A stretch of 64,000 nt of DNA from positions 2,688 through 66,687 of the forward strand of contig JBMTEX010000001.1 of the NCBI GenBank assembly GCA_049433485.1. Direction: 5' to 3'. Position numbers and translations under genes: made by a program. This document shows positions 30,786 through 40,527 of the stretch, in pieces. The stretch's first letter is position 1; every line of letters begins with the position of its first letter. Under the pieces are notes generated by a model that was not told the DNA's origin, ran no database searches, and saw nothing but the letters and a program-made list of their open reading frames with translations. This DNA comes from Ilumatobacteraceae bacterium (GTDB taxonomy: Bacteria > Actinomycetota > Acidimicrobiia > Acidimicrobiales > Ilumatobacteraceae).

Positions 30786-31163
30786 TCAGCGAACACGTTT
30801 CAACAATTCATTAGCCAAGGCTGCAAGATCTTGTCTAAAGGTGATCTCGTACCTGGCTTGTTCTGTTGCGAGACGTACCTGAGCTGACTTTAGAGATTTC
30901 ACTGTTTCAGAGACAGTGTCGTCATCAAGATGTTGCTGAAGTTTTTCAATGTCGGTGCCAAGTTCATGTAGTTGCCGCGAAAGTTCCGATCCCATTCCTG
31001 TGACACGCGATTCAATGGTGGCGACACGTTCAATGAGCGACGCCATGGACAACTTGTCTGAATGGGCTTGACGGGCATTCTTGTCCACCTGTATCTGCAA
31101 GGCAGTGACTTCTGCTCGAAGTGCATCTAGTGCCTGGCGAGTCTTTTTTGATCCTGAAAACAT
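30786..31163 (-). CDS. coiled-coil hypothetical protein
   Basis: 125 aa starting from ATG 31163 (MFSGSKKTRQALDALRAEV), with heptad-like composition. The longer ORF-track version overlaps the tRNA gene. Confidence 0.4.
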   Translation of the reverse strand: MFSGSKKTRQALDALRAEVTALQIQVDKNARQAHSDKLSMASLIERVATIESRVTGMGSELSRQLHELGTDIEKLQQHLDDDTVSETVKSLKSAQVRLATEQARYEITFRQDLAALANELLKRVR

Positions 31164-31228
31164 TGAAGTGGTGTGCCTGGTGGTTGTGAGAGAGGGATGA
31201 CCCTTGTACCGTAATGCTCCTACTACGA

Positions 31229-31305
<77 letters not shown>

Positions 31306-31311
31306 ATTACA

Positions 31312-31353
31312 AAAGCCTCGGTTTCTTCTACAGGAACCGAGGCTTTGTTGTTG
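31312..31353. terminator. bidirectional intrinsic terminator between the tRNA-fMet and the convergent GFA gene
   Basis: Perfect 12-bp stem aaagcctcggtt / aaccgaggcttt with an 11-nt loop. T-rich runs flank it on both strands. Confidence 0.55.
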
Positions 31354-31371
31354 ATGTGGTGTGTGAGGCGG

Positions 31372-31776
31372 CTATCCCTCGCGGTCGAGCGAGACGGCCA
31401 TGCCAGGCAGGGTCACCCATGGCTGACGGTCTACACACCAGACTTCCACTGCAGGCTTCACCGTCGACTTGTCGTCAAGCAGCCCGGCCTTGATTGCAAT
31501 AACACCATCACGTTTCATGAGTTCTGAGACAACAGATGAGCCACAGGTGGGACAGAAGCGACGTTCAACGTAAACATCGTCATTTTTCTCCCCACGCTCT
31601 TGATAAGTGCGTAATTCGCCATTCAATGTGAGTTGTGATTTGTGCGCCATGATGTTGACTGAAAATGCACTACCGCTTTGGCGCTGGCAATGTTCGCAGT
31701 GGCAAATGGCTGTGGCGATGGGGTCTCCCGCTAATTCAAAAGTGACTGATCCGCATAAACAATGTCCTGTTGTCAT
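31372..31776 (-). CDS. GFA (glutathione-dependent formaldehyde-activating / CENP-V-like) family protein
   Basis: Zinc-binding Cys pattern CLCGSVTFE ... CHCEHCQRQSGSAFS ... CPTCGS. ATG 31776 (MTTGHCLCG) chosen. Confidence 0.75.
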   Translation of the reverse strand: MTTGHCLCGSVTFELAGDPIATAICHCEHCQRQSGSAFSVNIMAHKSQLTLNGELRTYQERGEKNDDVYVERRFCPTCGSSVVSELMKRDGVIAIKAGLLDDKSTVKPAVEVWCVDRQPWVTLPGMAVSLDREG

Positions 31777-31887
31777 GAGGCGACAGTAGTGCACCGTTTC
31801 CATCATGGGGTCAGTTGGAGAATTGGCAGAAACATGACACATCGCTTGAGTTAGCGCCTACAGGTGCAGAACTGCGAACATGAACCA

Positions 31888-33045
31888 ATGAGTATTCGCG
31901 GCGCGGCTTATATTGCCGGAATTTATGAACACCCCGGTCGCGATCTCCCAGATCACACCATTTGGGATATCCACGCCGAATCTGCAATTGGGGCACTGGC
32001 AGACGCCGGACTTTCCATGTCCGACGTTGACGGATTGTTCTGTGACGGAACAGCTGGGTTTGGTGTCTTGACTTTGTGCGACCATTTGGGACTGCGCCCT
32101 ACATATGTCGACAACACGGAAACAGGTGGGTCATCGTATTTGGCACACGTTGGACACGCTGCAGCAGCCATTGCGGCGGGGAAGTGCTCGGTAGCGCTCG
32201 TGACTCTTGCAGGCAAGCCACGCACTGGGTCACCTGGCGTCAAGTGGGCACCTGGGCCAGAGAATGGATTTGAAACTCTCTGGGGCACAGCCAGTGCTGC
32301 ACACAGCTATGCGCTTGCAGCACAACGCCACATGTATGAGTTCGGGACCACTTCCGCGCAGTTGGCCGAGATCAAAGTGGCAGCCAGCATTCACGCGCAA
32401 TACAACCCGCATGCATTCCTGCAGAACGTGGTCACCGTTGATGAAGTCTTGGAATCACCGATGGTGTCAGACCCGTTGCACCGTCTTGACTGCTGCGTGG
32501 TCACCGATGGTGGTGGAGCACTTGTTGTTGTGTCGCCAGAAGTAGCGAAGAAGTTGGGCAAGACAAACGCAAAAGTTCTTGGCCATGGCGAAGCTGTTAA
32601 GCACACCAGCAATGGGCGCATTGACTTGACCTATACCGGAGCAGTCATGTCGGGCCCGCGCGCATTCGAAGAAGCTCGAGTATCTGTCGCAGATGTTGAT
32701 TACGCGTCCATTTACGACAGCTTCACCATCACTGTGTTGCAAACAATTGAAGACCTCGGGTTTTGCGAAAAAGGCAAAGGAGGGGAGTTCGTGATGGATG
32801 GTGGTCTTGTTGCACCCTTTGGAAAACTTCCGTTCAATACCGATGGTGGTGGGTTGTGCAACAACCATCCATCAAATCGAGGTGGCATTACAAAAGTGAT
32901 TGAAGCAGTTCGTCAATTGCGAGGTGAAGCGCATCCAGCTGTGCAGGTTCCCGATGTGCAGATTGCATTGGCACATGGAACCGGCGGAAGTCTTGGTTCG
33001 CGTCATGGCTCAGTCACTTTGCTTCTAGGTCAGGAGGACGCATGA
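31888..33045 (+). CDS. thiolase-like protein (SCP-x / lipid-transfer type)
   Basis: Thiolase fold blocks, a C-terminal GGGLCNNHP and GTGGSLG. It is paired with a DUF35 OB-fold gene. ATG 31888 (MSIRGAAYIAG) preferred over GTG 31864. Confidence 0.8.
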   Translation: MSIRGAAYIAGIYEHPGRDLPDHTIWDIHAESAIGALADAGLSMSDVDGLFCDGTAGFGVLTLCDHLGLRPTYVDNTETGGSSYLAHVGHAAAAIAAGKCSVALVTLAGKPRTGSPGVKWAPGPENGFETLWGTASAAHSYALAAQRHMYEFGTTSAQLAEIKVAASIHAQYNPHAFLQNVVTVDEVLESPMVSDPLHRLDCCVVTDGGGALVVVSPEVAKKLGKTNAKVLGHGEAVKHTSNGRIDLTYTGAVMSGPRAFEEARVSVADVDYASIYDSFTITVLQTIEDLGFCEKGKGGEFVMDGGLVAPFGKLPFNTDGGGLCNNHPSNRGGITKVIEAVRQLRGEAHPAVQVPDVQIALAHGTGGSLGSRHGSVTLLLGQEDA

Positions 33046-33452
33046 CATCGCTACCAAATCCGGCACCAATGGTTACAACAACTTCTGCTGCGTTCTGGCA
33101 AGCAACATCTGAAGGACGTTTCATTCTTCAACGTTGCGAATCGTGCGACATTGTGGTGTGGTTTCCACGAAAGCATTGTCCAGAGTGCTGGGCGGAAAGC
33201 CTCATAACCTTCGACGCATCTGGCAAGGGAACGGTGTACAGCTACACCATCATTCGCAAAGTTGCTAATGAATACAAACAGGTAACTCCATTTGTGGTTG
33301 CTTATGTTGAGTTAGCCGAAGGCCCGCGCGTAATGACGAACATCGTTGGGTGTGACGTTGAGGCGGTACGGGTAGGAATGCCTGTCGCAATGGAATTCCA
33401 TGACACGGGCGAAGGAAACGCTCTGTATCGCTTTCACCCAGCGGACAACTAA
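33042..33452 (+). CDS. Zn-ribbon / OB-fold protein (DUF35 family), thiolase partner
   Basis: CESCDIVVWFPRKHCPECW rubredoxin-like ribbon followed by an OB-fold segment. ATGA overlap with the thiolase gene. Confidence 0.75.
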   Translation: MTSLPNPAPMVTTTSAAFWQATSEGRFILQRCESCDIVVWFPRKHCPECWAESLITFDASGKGTVYSYTIIRKVANEYKQVTPFVVAYVELAEGPRVMTNIVGCDVEAVRVGMPVAMEFHDTGEGNALYRFHPADN

Positions 33453-33461
33453 TTTGTGCGG

Positions 33462-34037
33462 TTAACGACTGGCTTCTAATTGATACATAGGTACTCCATC
33501 GTGAGGAGTCCACAATCCTGCGCCAATCTGCGTGAAAGATTTTGTGAGGTGTTGGCGGTACCACGTTGCGCTGCGTTTATAGACCTGCATATCTGTTCCA
33601 CGAGAATCGACGACGTTCTCGTAGTCCCATTTCGTAGGCAATTCGAGGTACATCACCCACTTGGTGCCGGCCGCAAGGTTTTCTACTGCGGATGAAAATG
33701 ACGAGTTGTCTAGATATTGCAACACGCTGTGACACACCACAAGATCTGCTCTCCGAGTTGGTGTCCAGTCGGCAATATTGCGCAGTTCGTGATTCCATGT
33801 TTCGCATGCATGTTCACTGACATCAATTGATTGCACTGAAACCTCGGGGTGGTGTTCTGAATACCAATCTCGCCACATTCCCATTCCTGCGCCCACGTCA
33901 AGCACTGTGCGAATGTTGATTCCCCACCATGCGCACATGTTGTGCACTGCGGTTGCTAAGTGTGAGATCTTTTCTTCATCGTGTGCTCCATCTTTTCCAT
34001 AGAAGCGGGCGTAGTACGAAGAATCAAATGTGGGCAC
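33462..34037 (-). CDS. class I SAM-dependent methyltransferase
   Basis: VLDVGAGMGMW motif I, 191 aa. Confidence 0.65.
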   Translation of the reverse strand: MPTFDSSYYARFYGKDGAHDEEKISHLATAVHNMCAWWGINIRTVLDVGAGMGMWRDWYSEHHPEVSVQSIDVSEHACETWNHELRNIADWTPTRRADLVVCHSVLQYLDNSSFSSAVENLAAGTKWVMYLELPTKWDYENVVDSRGTDMQVYKRSATWYRQHLTKSFTQIGAGLWTPHDGVPMYQLEASR

Positions 34038-34046
34038 GGTGCAACG

Positions 34047-34850
34047 CTAGAGCGTGGTGCCACGCGATATCCACACATCTGCAGTCACTTCAGTGACTGG
34101 TGAGGCATCTGCGGCGGTTTGCCATTGAAGGGGCGTCATGGTGAACAGGTCTTGTGCGGCTTCGTTTGTAAGCGCAAGAGTGAACGTGACCCGCTCTGAT
34201 TCCTGCGCTTCAACTGGAGGATCAGCACGTTTGGCTTCTCGTTGAATGATGGCGTCGTCTTTCTTTGGTCGCATCTCTTCAAGATGTCGTGGTCCAGGCG
34301 TCACCGTGACCCAGGTTCCGCCCGATTGCAAAATCCTGTGGTATTCGCTGTGCGAATGCGGTGCAAATACGGTGAACACTGCACCACATGATTGCGTCAA
34401 CACAGGAAGTCGAAAGGAATTGCCCACCACAAACTGGGCATCAGGTAAGTACTTACTTGCCATCTGCACGGCGCGTTTTGAAATGTCGAGCCCGAATCGA
34501 TGGTGCGCAGCGATCTGGCCGAGATACCAGCCTTCGCCGCACCCAACATCGAGAAGAGCTCCATCCACTGTGCCGAGCGCATCGCTCAGTGCGTGGGCGA
34601 TGGGGGAGTACCAACCGGCATGGAGGAAACGTCGCCGTGCTTGAAGAGATTCTGCCGTATCGCCGGGAGTGGTTGATCCAGGCAGTCGGCCACTGGGAAG
34701 AAGATGAAGGTAGCCCTCGCGCGCCCTGTCAAATGAGTGTCCATTGGGGCATGTCACGCCCGATGGCGTGGGGCTGAATGGTGCACCACAATGCGGGCAG
34801 CAAAAGATGGAGACAGCGTCATCGGGGGCTTCTCCGCGGATGGACATCAT
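34047..34850 (-). CDS. rlmA: 23S rRNA (guanine-N1)-methyltransferase RlmA-like
   Basis: N-terminal Zn finger CPHCGAPF ... CPNGHSFDRAREGYLHLLP followed by the SAM motif LLDVGCGEGWY. The start is uncertain (34850 or 34883). Confidence 0.65.
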   Translation of the reverse strand: MMSIRGEAPDDAVSIFCCPHCGAPFSPTPSGVTCPNGHSFDRAREGYLHLLPSGRLPGSTTPGDTAESLQARRRFLHAGWYSPIAHALSDALGTVDGALLDVGCGEGWYLGQIAAHHRFGLDISKRAVQMASKYLPDAQFVVGNSFRLPVLTQSCGAVFTVFAPHSHSEYHRILQSGGTWVTVTPGPRHLEEMRPKKDDAIIQREAKRADPPVEAQESERVTFTLALTNEAAQDLFTMTPLQWQTAADASPVTEVTADVWISRGTTL

Positions 34851-34907
34851 CACAGTCTTGCGTATCTGACACCGAAGCCCCACCTACAGACGGCAGACTA
34901 AAGGGCA

Positions 34908-35573
34908 ATGTTGACCCCCCGGCGCCTCACCCTGTCTGTAGCTGCCCTTTTTCTAGTGGCGGCATTTATGACATGGCAAGTGGTGGCCTATGAATGGTTT
35001 GCACAAGCTGACTATCGCGCGGTGCAAACAGCACGCAGACTAGTCCCGGACAAAGGCATCTTTCGATACACCGTGCACTTTGGCTTACGCGGAACACTTC
35101 TCACCATTTTCATTCCGCTCTTGAGTTGGGTTTCGTGGAAGCGACGCTCGTGGGCTCCCATCGTTGGATTTCTTATCGTCTTGTTGTTTGAAACCGGCAT
35201 GACCGGCTCACTGAAGTTGTCCGTTGGACGCGAGCTCCCATGGCAATCGTGGCCCCTCATGGGAAGACTGGAAACAGGCGAGCTGGGTTTTCCATCGGGT
35301 CACGCCACAAATGTTCCATCCTTAATTGGTTACGTGGTGTGGTTCTTTACTCCACCGCGACGTGCAGTGCGTCGTGCGGGTTGGTGTCTCGTTGCATTCT
35401 TAACGGTGCTGGTGAATGTTTCGTCGTGGTTGATTCGAACTCATTGGCCCACCGACCTGTACGTAGGCAATGCAATTGGATTAATCGCATTAATAACCGT
35501 AATCGGATTTATGAATGCGTCGGGACTTAGTCCTTGGGCCACTGTTCAGCAGAAGCAAGAAGTTCATCTCTGA
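34908..35573 (+). CDS. PAP2 family phosphatase (membrane)
   Basis: KLSVGRELP, PSGHAT and a C-terminal HWPTD acid-phosphatase motif set, plus multiple TM segments. Confidence 0.65.
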   Translation: MLTPRRLTLSVAALFLVAAFMTWQVVAYEWFAQADYRAVQTARRLVPDKGIFRYTVHFGLRGTLLTIFIPLLSWVSWKRRSWAPIVGFLIVLLFETGMTGSLKLSVGRELPWQSWPLMGRLETGELGFPSGHATNVPSLIGYVVWFFTPPRRAVRRAGWCLVAFLTVLVNVSSWLIRTHWPTDLYVGNAIGLIALITVIGFMNASGLSPWATVQQKQEVHL

Positions 35574-36831
35574 ACTGCGGATGAGAAATCTGTGCCAATG
35601 CGCGTGATCTTTCGCGAATTGTTTTTCCTTCAAGTTCTGCAATTCCAAACTCTGTAATAACAACATCAATTTGGTGACGCGGCGTACTCACCACACTGCC
35701 AGATGGAAATTGCGGAAGAATTCTGCTGATGAGAGTTCCGTTCACCGTGCTGGTCGAAGGCAGACACACCAGGCTGCGCCCCTCAAGACGTAGTCCAGGC
35801 CCAGAAACAAAATCCTCGTGACCACCCACACCACTGAACTGAACACCATTAATGCTGTCGGCCATGACTTGTCCGGAGAGATCTATCGCGAGCGCGCCAT
35901 TAATGGTGATCATGTCACGATTACGAGAGATGATGTCTGGTGAATTCACGATCTTCACGGGTAGGAAACGAACGTGGTCGTTCTCATGCAGCCATGAATA
36001 CAGCTCAGGAATACCGGCTGCAAACGTTGTTGGTGAGAAACCATCGAAGTCGCTGCCTTTCCTGTTTGTGACTTTTCCAGCTTGATGAAGTCGCATCAAT
36101 CCAGTGGTGAACATCTCGGAATGTATTCCAAAATCCCCTAAGTCGCTGTTGGCTAAGAAAGTGGCGATCTGATTTGGAATCCCGCCTATTCCGGTCTGCA
36201 GTGTGCTTCCCGAGCGAATGAATGTGAGAGCAAACTGAGCAATTGCTAGGTCGTCATCGCTCGCTGGTGCGTCGGCGAGATTGAGCGGTTCTCTGTTTGT
36301 TTCAATAAGTGCATCAATGTTGTCGACATGAATTCGATGACCGTGTTCTGGCAATACACCAAACGTTCGTGGAAACTTTTCGCTGACTTCAACGATGACA
36401 ATTCGGTGTGGGTCTGCGGCGGCTCGGTGAAGTTCATCCACACTTGCACCAGCATGCACGGACAAACTGACCCAACCATCAACTGGTGGTGCACCAGCAG
36501 TTGCAATGACTCGCGGTTGTAAGAATTCAAGAATTGGTTCAAACCGTCGGAAATCTGCAGGCACATAATCAATCGACGCACCGCTGTCGCGAAGAAAGCG
36601 TTCTGCTGGTCCAAAGAAGCCACTGCGGTAGTGCACGCCTGGAAGCGCGAGAACGGCGTAGAGATCTGGCATCAAAGCACCAAAAATCTGCAGGTTGGTG
36701 AAATCGTTACGGGTACCCAATGCATGCATGAAGCCACCCGGAACGCCAGGGCCAAGTGGGACGGCAAGCGTGTCCTCCGAGCGAATAAGAGCAACGGCAT
36801 CTTCCACAGACATTTGGGCCATGTGACCCAT
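35527..36831 (-). CDS. acetyl-CoA hydrolase/transferase family protein (CoA-transferase)
   Basis: Family layout with a GIGGIPNQI block and a C-terminal DVVITEFGIAELEGKTIRER. I chose the ATG cluster at 36813-36831. The 60-codon N-terminal extension was rejected. Confidence 0.8.
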   Translation of the reverse strand: MGHMAQMSVEDAVALIRSEDTLAVPLGPGVPGGFMHALGTRNDFTNLQIFGALMPDLYAVLALPGVHYRSGFFGPAERFLRDSGASIDYVPADFRRFEPILEFLQPRVIATAGAPPVDGWVSLSVHAGASVDELHRAAADPHRIVIVEVSEKFPRTFGVLPEHGHRIHVDNIDALIETNREPLNLADAPASDDDLAIAQFALTFIRSGSTLQTGIGGIPNQIATFLANSDLGDFGIHSEMFTTGLMRLHQAGKVTNRKGSDFDGFSPTTFAAGIPELYSWLHENDHVRFLPVKIVNSPDIISRNRDMITINGALAIDLSGQVMADSINGVQFSGVGGHEDFVSGPGLRLEGRSLVCLPSTSTVNGTLISRILPQFPSGSVVSTPRHQIDVVITEFGIAELEGKTIRERSRALAQISHPQFRDELLASAEQWPKD

Positions 36832-36877
36832 GGTACGCAGGTAGATGTTCTTCGTGTTGGCTGGCAGGCTCAAAGCA

Positions 36878-38092
36878 ATGCAACGCGACTTACTCGTTAT
36901 TGGTGGTGGACCAGCCGGATCTGCTGCGGCCATTACTGCAGCACGTGCAGGACTGTCTGTCACCTTGTTCGAAAAAGGTTCGTATGGTCGAGACAAAGTG
37001 TGTGGAGATGGGCTCACCCCTCGCGCAATTGGTGCTCTCGACGAATTGCGAATCGATCACTCCGTTGCGCATCGCATCAATGGATTGCGAATGATTGCTG
37101 GAAAGAAAGAACGAGAGTTGCTGTGGCCAGCAACAGATCGTTTTCCTCATCACGGGGCTGTTTGGCCGAGACATCGATTTGACAATCATCTATTAGATGT
37201 CGCAATTGCCTCGGGAGTGGATGTTCGTTTCAACTGTGAGGCACTTCCCGTCATGGAAGGTGAGCGCTGTGTTGGTGTATCTGTGCAGAGTGACAAGTTC
37301 ACTGCGCCGTTCACGATCCTCGCTGCTGGTGCGCAGGGCCAAGCGGCGAAAATTCTTGGGGCGGTGCGCGACCCAAATGAAACATTTGGTCTTGCGATTC
37401 GTGCATACGTTCCAAGTCCTAGACATCAAGAGCGTCATCTTGAAGCGTGTCTCAGTCTGAGTGACGAGCATGGCACCGCGGTTCCTGGCTATGGCTGGAT
37501 GTTCCCCGCTGGCGATGGAACCGTCAACATTGGAGTTGGAGCCCTCAGCACGATGAAGGGCTTCAAGAAGCTCAACCTCAACACATTGCTCGATCAGTAC
37601 TACGCACTTGTTCGTGAGTCGTGGGGATTAGGCGAATATGTTGAAAAGCCACGTGCGTGGCGGCTCCCCATGAGTTGTGTGCGTCGCTCCGGGCAGGGCT
37701 GGGTTGCGGTTGGGGACTCTGCTGGATTTGTGAACCCAATGAATGGTGAAGGAATTGACTACGGCCTCGAGTCTGGAATGTTGGCCGCACAGAAATTCAT
37801 TGAGAACCCAACTACTGCATCGCAGGCATATGACACAGAAGTCGGAGAACGTTTCGATGCATTCCTGCGCACTGGGCGTCGCTTCAGTTTCATCATTGGC
37901 CATCCGTGGTTGTTGAAACCTGGCCTACGTGTTGCGGTGGGCACGCAAAAGGCTGCTGATATCACGCTTGCTGTCATGGGTAATCTCATTGATTCGTCAA
38001 CTCCTGGTGCAGCTGGACGTGTGATGCGAATTGCAGACACATCATTGCGTGTGGCAGACCCCGTGCTTCGTCGCACACGTGCCAAGGCCTAG
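36878..38092 (+). CDS. geranylgeranyl reductase family FAD-dependent oxidoreductase
   Basis: DLLVIGGGPAGSAAA dinucleotide motif, CGDGLTPRA, GYGWMFP and VGDSAGFVNPMNGEGI blocks. Confidence 0.8.
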   Translation: MQRDLLVIGGGPAGSAAAITAARAGLSVTLFEKGSYGRDKVCGDGLTPRAIGALDELRIDHSVAHRINGLRMIAGKKERELLWPATDRFPHHGAVWPRHRFDNHLLDVAIASGVDVRFNCEALPVMEGERCVGVSVQSDKFTAPFTILAAGAQGQAAKILGAVRDPNETFGLAIRAYVPSPRHQERHLEACLSLSDEHGTAVPGYGWMFPAGDGTVNIGVGALSTMKGFKKLNLNTLLDQYYALVRESWGLGEYVEKPRAWRLPMSCVRRSGQGWVAVGDSAGFVNPMNGEGIDYGLESGMLAAQKFIENPTTASQAYDTEVGERFDAFLRTGRRFSFIIGHPWLLKPGLRVAVGTQKAADITLAVMGNLIDSSTPGAAGRVMRIADTSLRVADPVLRRTRAKA

Positions 38093-38113
38093 TCAGCAGA
38101 TAGGTTGGGCTTC

Positions 38114-38482
38114 ATGAGCAAGCCCGTTGTTACTGTCCCCGCCGGAGATCCACCAGTAGATCTCGTCATCGAAGATCTCACCGTTGGTGACGGCAAAGAA
38201 GCGGTCAAAGGCGCAAATGTAGAAGTTCATTACGTGGGTGTTGCGTGGAGCACAGAACGTGAATTCGACGCTTCATGGAACCGTGGTGACACGTTCGAGT
38301 TTCGATTGGGCGCCGGTCAAGTGATTTCTGGATGGGACCAAGGAGTTGCTGGAATGAAAGTTGGCGGCCGTCGCGTTCTCACCATTCCTCCACATATGGG
38401 ATATGGCAATCAAGGAGCTGGCGGCGTCATCAAGGGTGGCGAAACACTCATCTTCGTTGTTGATTTACTGAATGTGAACTAG
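38114..38482 (+). CDS. FKBP-type peptidyl-prolyl cis-trans isomerase
   Basis: VHYVGVAW ... FDASWNRGDTFEFRLGAGQVISGWDQGVAGMKVGGRR ... LIFVVDLL is the canonical FKBP domain. Confidence 0.9.
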   Translation: MSKPVVTVPAGDPPVDLVIEDLTVGDGKEAVKGANVEVHYVGVAWSTEREFDASWNRGDTFEFRLGAGQVISGWDQGVAGMKVGGRRVLTIPPHMGYGNQGAGGVIKGGETLIFVVDLLNVN

Positions 38483-38484
38483 AG

Positions 38485-38955
38485 ATGTCTGATCTGAATT
38501 TCTTTACCGCAAATGCGCAACTAGCGGGTGTGAGCAAATTGGAAGTTCCGGAACTCACATTGATGTATCGCATCGAGATGGCTGGCGAGTTGTTCTACAA
38601 CAAACTTGCCGATCTTGTGAACAACGATGAGGCTGCATCTCTCCTGCGGAAGAATGCAATTGAGGAACGCGGGCATGCTCGACGTTTGGCTCGCATGATC
38701 AGCATCAAGATTGGTCACGAATGGCAACCAACTGCGGACGTGGAAGAACTATTGGAAGTGCCACTACCAGACTCCATCGATCCATCAATGTTTGCTGCCA
38801 TCGTGAAAGGTGAACTGAACGGTGATGCTGGCTATCAGAAATGGGCCGATGCAGAAGAAGATGGAGAAGTGGAACGTCTTCTGCGGTTAAACGGCCGCGA
38901 AGAAACAATTCATGCTGGGCGCGCTCAGCAAGTGTTCGAACTTCTCGGAGCGTAA
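38485..38955 (+). CDS. ferritin-like / rubrerythrin-like four-helix-bundle protein
   Basis: Two E..(E)xxH-type motifs (IEERGHARR and REETIHAGR) suggest a di-iron site. 156 aa. Confidence 0.5.
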   Translation: MSDLNFFTANAQLAGVSKLEVPELTLMYRIEMAGELFYNKLADLVNNDEAASLLRKNAIEERGHARRLARMISIKIGHEWQPTADVEELLEVPLPDSIDPSMFAAIVKGELNGDAGYQKWADAEEDGEVERLLRLNGREETIHAGRAQQVFELLGA

Positions 38956-38958
38956 GCA

Positions 38959-39309
38959 ATGTCTGCCGACGTTGTCGTTTATGACGGTGACTGCGGCATC
39001 TGTGAATGGTCAGCAACCTGGATAAAGAGCAATGTCCCTGGTGTCAAAGTGGTTTCGCATCGTGAATATGGAGTCTCGTACCTTCCATCTGTGTGGTTCA
39101 TCACGTGGTCAGGTCGATTCGAAGGCGCGGCCGCAGTCTCTGAAATCTTGAAACGTTCAGACAGTAAGCCTTCTCAGAAGTTTGGCTTTGTGTTGGGGCT
39201 TCCACTGGTACGCACTCTTGCAAAAGGCGTTTATTTTCTTGTTGCGAAGAATCGCCGCATAATCTCAAAACTCTTCAGACTTCGCGCCTGTTCGGTTCCT
39301 ACGAAGTAA
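38959..39309 (+). CDS. DCC-family thiol-disulfide oxidoreductase (DUF393)
   Basis: The N-terminal VVYDGDCGICEWS motif defines the DCC family. Confidence 0.65.
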   Translation: MSADVVVYDGDCGICEWSATWIKSNVPGVKVVSHREYGVSYLPSVWFITWSGRFEGAAAVSEILKRSDSKPSQKFGFVLGLPLVRTLAKGVYFLVAKNRRIISKLFRLRACSVPTK

Positions 39310-39912
39310 TCAGCGCACTTCTGCATTCTGAGGCAACATTCGTTTGCGTCGCCACCAACGCCGTATTGGCCCGGTTGCGTATTTGCTTGTGATGGCAACG
39401 ACAAACGTGGAAACCAAGACGCGAGGAATGACATCTAGTTTTGCAATATGTGGTGCAACTGCAATGGCGATAATGAGTGCCACCGGGTAGACCCACGCAA
39501 CATCTGCAATGAACTTGCCAAAAGCAGACCGATGCCGATCCACTTCACCTTGTGCTCGGAAAAATTCTTCTGTTCCCGCAGTAACGGTGACTCGTTCTGA
39601 CTCCACTAACTGGTCAGCGCGCTCACGAAGTTCCTGACGAATATCGGATCTCTCCCATTCGCGGAGATGTAGGGCATCTATAAAGCGAAATACCATGTGG
39701 TACACGTTGTTGTCCCGCTCTGGCAGCAACACCGTGGCTCCAAGGCAACCGGGCGCAGACTGCACTGAAGTTTGCATGTCATGACACCACTGATTGAACT
39801 CCTCGCGCTTGCCGGGTTTTGGGGTGCGTGAAATGGTGACTGTTACTGAGCCAGGTGCAATCTTTGGTAAGCGTCCAGTGTCAAAGTTGCCAGTGAGGTC
39901 GGACATACGCAT
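39310..39912 (-). CDS. ABM-domain protein with C-terminal membrane anchor
   Basis: From ATG 39912 the protein has a ferredoxin-like ABM segment (VTVTISRTPKPGKREEFNQW ... FRFIDALHLREWERS) followed by two hydrophobic helices. Confidence 0.5.
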   Translation of the reverse strand: MRMSDLTGNFDTGRLPKIAPGSVTVTISRTPKPGKREEFNQWCHDMQTSVQSAPGCLGATVLLPERDNNVYHMVFRFIDALHLREWERSDIRQELRERADQLVESERVTVTAGTEEFFRAQGEVDRHRSAFGKFIADVAWVYPVALIIAIAVAPHIAKLDVIPRVLVSTFVVAITSKYATGPIRRWWRRKRMLPQNAEVR

Positions 39913-39939
39913 TACGGTAGTCCCAGTTGATCTGTTCTT

Positions 39940-40527
39940 ATGCGTGCTGTTGTTGTTTATTGTCACCCCGTGGAGGGAAGTTTCTGCTCCTCTCTCCGTG
40001 ACGTCGCAATTCGCGGTCTTCAAACAGGCGGTCATGAGGTCACTCTCATAGATCTTGCTGCCAGCAACTTCAACCCAGTGATGAGTACAGACGAATGGGA
40101 GAAGTACTACCAATCAGCTACACACATTCCAGAAGATGTTGAAGATCATGTAGCCGCGGTGCGCGAAGCTGACGTTTTGGTATTCGTGTATCCCACGTGG
40201 TGGTCTTCGGTTCCTGCGCAATTAAAAGGATGGATGGAGCGTGTCCTTGTTCCTGGTGTGGGTTTTACGATGACGAAGAAGAACACACTTCGCCCGGGTC
40301 TTCGTTCACTAAAACACGTCGTTGTAATCACGACATTCGGATCACCACGTTTGTATGTGCGGTTAATGAACGACAATGGCTCGCGGCTATTTCACCGTAG
40401 CTTGCGGTCTACATCTCCACGATGGGTGAGAAACCGTCGCCTTGTGCACTACAAGATGGACAAGTCAACGCCAGAGAGCCGTGCAAAGTTTCAACGTCGG
40501 ATTGAGTCGAAGTTGGCACATCTGTGA
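39940..40527 (+). CDS. NAD(P)H dehydrogenase (quinone), flavodoxin-like fold (Flavodoxin_2), paralog 1
   Basis: MRAVVVYCHP ... LVFVYPTWWSSVPAQLKGWMERV are typical motifs. Confidence 0.7.
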   Translation: MRAVVVYCHPVEGSFCSSLRDVAIRGLQTGGHEVTLIDLAASNFNPVMSTDEWEKYYQSATHIPEDVEDHVAAVREADVLVFVYPTWWSSVPAQLKGWMERVLVPGVGFTMTKKNTLRPGLRSLKHVVVITTFGSPRLYVRLMNDNGSRLFHRSLRSTSPRWVRNRRLVHYKMDKSTPESRAKFQRRIESKLAHL

